From an uncultured Ignisphaera sp. (GTDB lineage Archaea; Thermoproteota; Thermoprotei_A; Sulfolobales; Ignisphaeraceae), in contig CAZMQK010000002.1 of assembly GCA_964568685.1 (NCBI GenBank), forward strand, positions 16,554 to 40,553: a DNA stretch of 24,000 nucleotides. Reading direction: 5' to 3'. The notes beneath the pieces were generated by a model. The model was not told the origin of the DNA. It made no database searches and saw only the letters and a list, made by a program, of their open reading frames with translations. Made by a program: the position numbers and the translations under genes. Within the stretch, counting starts at the first letter, position 1; every line of letters begins with the position of its first letter. Positions 22,670 through 24,000 of this stretch are shown piece by piece.

Positions 22670-23073
22670 GGCTTGAAAATGTTGTAATACTGAAGGAAGG
22701 CTCCGCCTCAGGGCGAATACTCAAGGTTTCTACTCTATCATTTTTAGGGGATGTTGATAGGCTTAGCGGAAGAATAATATCTCAGGATGTGGGCAGCTAC
22801 AACAGGGTAATTAGAGACTCTATACTTGTTGTCAAGAGGTTTCGAGGTAGTACAGTAGGTACATATGTGCTATACTACCTGTGTCGAAAAGGGTTGGCAC
22901 CTAAAGCTATTTTAATGTGCAAGCCTGACCCCGTAGTAATAAGCGGAATTATCTTGTGTAACATGCTTGGTGTAAGCAACATCCCCGAGAGAGTTTATGA
23001 AGAGGTCCCTGACAACGCTAGAGCTGTATTGAGATGCAGCAAAAATGTGGCGGAGCTGTGCTTCAGTACTTAA
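22651..23073 (+). CDS. Aconitase X swivel-domain (DUF126) subunit; by context the phosphomevalonate dehydratase small subunit
   Basis: VVILKEGSASGRILKVSTLSFLGDVDRLSGRI...RGSTVGTYVLYYLCRKGLAPKAIL fits the DUF126 pattern (G.a.G..l.....lSf.Gg.d...G.i...kG....g). A TTG start overlaps the large subunit by 19 nt. Confidence 0.8.
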   Translation: MHNSCIRLENVVILKEGSASGRILKVSTLSFLGDVDRLSGRIISQDVGSYNRVIRDSILVVKRFRGSTVGTYVLYYLCRKGLAPKAILMCKPDPVVISGIILCNMLGVSNIPERVYEEVPDNARAVLRCSKNVAELCFST

Positions 23074-23102
23074 GTTCAGTACCTAAGATAGTGAAGATAA
23101 AC

Positions 23103-23510
23103 TCAAGTCTTCTTAGAAGATTTTTCCTTGGGCTTCTCCTGCTCCCTCTCTTTAGTTAGAGTCGTTTTAATCCTTTCAACTCTTTCAAGAGCGTCTAGCC
23201 ACGAAATGATGTTTCTGATGTCCTCAAACTCCACCTCTTTATCACTTCTCAGCTTGCCCACATACTCACTTAACTTATCAGCTATAGATTTTTCTAATTC
23301 AAGTAGCACTGATGCAACATTAGCTTCAGACAACTCTTCCTCAGTTTTTACAAGCATTACACGACCATGAATAGGGCAAACAACCTCACCACTAGTGAGC
23401 TTAAAGAGAGGAGAACCACAGAGGGGGCAGGACTCGGCAAGCATTGTAGCACCACTTCTCATTAGTTCACTAGCCTTCTTTATTATGGTATCCCTATCAA
23501 TACGCTCCAA
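23103..23510 (-). CDS. UPF0148 / SSSCA1 (autoantigen p27)-family zinc-ribbon protein
   Basis: ASELMRSGATMLAESCPLCGSPLFKLTSGEVVCPIHG matches the UPF0148 N-terminal zinc ribbon. It is followed by a coiled-coil-like acidic/basic tail. The start is a TTG. Confidence 0.65.
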   Translation of the reverse strand: MERIDRDTIIKKASELMRSGATMLAESCPLCGSPLFKLTSGEVVCPIHGRVMLVKTEEELSEANVASVLLELEKSIADKLSEYVGKLRSDKEVEFEDIRNIISWLDALERVERIKTTLTKEREQEKPKEKSSKKT

Positions 23511-23645
23511 TGTAGTACACCCGCTATACCTTAGACATGTACTGCTATTGCATTGAAGATTTATAAAGTTAGGTGCTTTAAATAATCCCTATCCATATGA
23601 AGCAGTTAAACAAGTTTGATATAGGTAATGAGTATTGGTAATACT

Positions 23646-24000
23646 ATGACAAAAACCTACAGCGTTCTAATAGGAGTATCCGTAGGTTTATTTATAAGCT
23701 TTGCGAATAGCTATTCGTATGCAATATCTGGGTATACGACATCAGAAATCTCTTTAATATACATACCATTGCTAATTCTGCTAGTATTCAAGTTATTGAA
23801 GCTGAATTACAGTGATCAGGACATACTATACTCAACAGCTATAGCTATAGGAATTGACATAACGACAACACTAACTAGTGGAATGTACATAACGTATGGC
23901 TTTCTTAACTATATTTCTAGCAGGCTCAGCCTTTTTGGACTTAGTGTATCTATACCACCCCAGCTTTTCAGCAATAAAAGGCTTCTCTTCATAGATGTAG
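23646..24000 (+). CDS. Integral membrane protein, possibly an OPT-family oligopeptide transporter; N-terminal part only, continuing past the right edge
   Basis: My own translation from ATG 23646 reads MTKTYSVLIGVSVGLFISFANSYSYAISGYTTSEISLIYIPLLILLVF..., with no stop up to position 24000. The G...g.....aN.Y..l..G.t.s pattern resembles OPT N-termini. It is absent from the ORF track because it is open-ended. Confidence 0.5.
   Translation, partial: MTKTYSVLIGVSVGLFISFANSYSYAISGYTTSEISLIYIPLLILLVFKLLKLNYSDQDILYSTAIAIGIDITTTLTSGMYITYGFLNYISSRLSLFGLSVSIPPQLFSNKRLLFIDV

Noticed and set aside
2019-23370. The remaining short ORFs in the track that lie antisense to or inside larger genes (for example 2019-2453+, 2723-3160-, 3186-3416-, 4681-4875-, 5903-6184+, 8446-8721-, 11131-11445-, 12037-12333-, 17308-17628+, 19169-19480-, 20554-20853-, 21484-21765-, 23128-23370+)
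   Set aside because: Each overlaps a longer ORF with strong family motifs on the opposite strand or in another frame. They show the Ser/Leu/Thr-rich composition typical of antisense frames and no recognisable domains.
1-24000. Search for CRISPR arrays, tRNA/rRNA genes, transposases/IS elements, integrases and long direct or terminal inverted repeats
   Set aside because: Scanning by eye found no regularly spaced 24-40 nt repeats, no GTTCRAnnC T-loop with a matching acceptor stem, no transposase or integrase-like ORF and no long terminal inverted repeats. The region reads as core chromosome rather than a mobile or defence island.

Overview
This looks like a chromosomal housekeeping region of a hyperthermophilic crenarchaeon (my inference, Desulfurococcales-like; roughly 40% GC by eye). 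Three things support that: a full-length reverse gyrase, archaeal ribosomal proteins eS25 and eS26, and an sRNA guide that matches the crenarchaeal 16S 530-loop sequence as I remember it. I support 25 protein-coding genes. They are a partial TrpB2, a three-gene minus-strand operon of poorly characterised genes, SufC-SufB/D, a class II aldolase, a BioD-like P-loop protein placed divergently from a stand-alone ATP-cone protein, a TatD-family hydrolase, reverse gyrase, a nitrilase-fold protein lacking the catalytic triad, eS25, an RHH regulator, TrmI, ProRS, eS26, a CDP-alcohol phosphatidyltransferase, a RuvX/YqgF-like protein with a Clp1-like kinase, the UbiD + AcnX large + AcnX small cluster of the archaeal mevalonate pathway, a UPF0148 zinc-ribbon protein and a partial OPT-like transporter. 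I found no rRNA, tRNA, CRISPR array, transposase or IS element. The main result of the hunt lies in the intergenic DNA. At least seven C/D box sRNA genes sit there, each with a TATA-like element about 27 nt upstream. Several guides are complementary to conserved rRNA segments recalled from memory. Two of these sRNAs overlap the 5' ends of co-oriented ORFs (TatD and trmI). The 660-bp gap upstream of reverse gyrase also holds a GC-enriched island of about 150 nt with its own TATA box and nested helices that I cannot assign to any RNA family, plus a stand-alone K-loop-like hairpin. All family calls come from motif recognition by eye; no searches were run.
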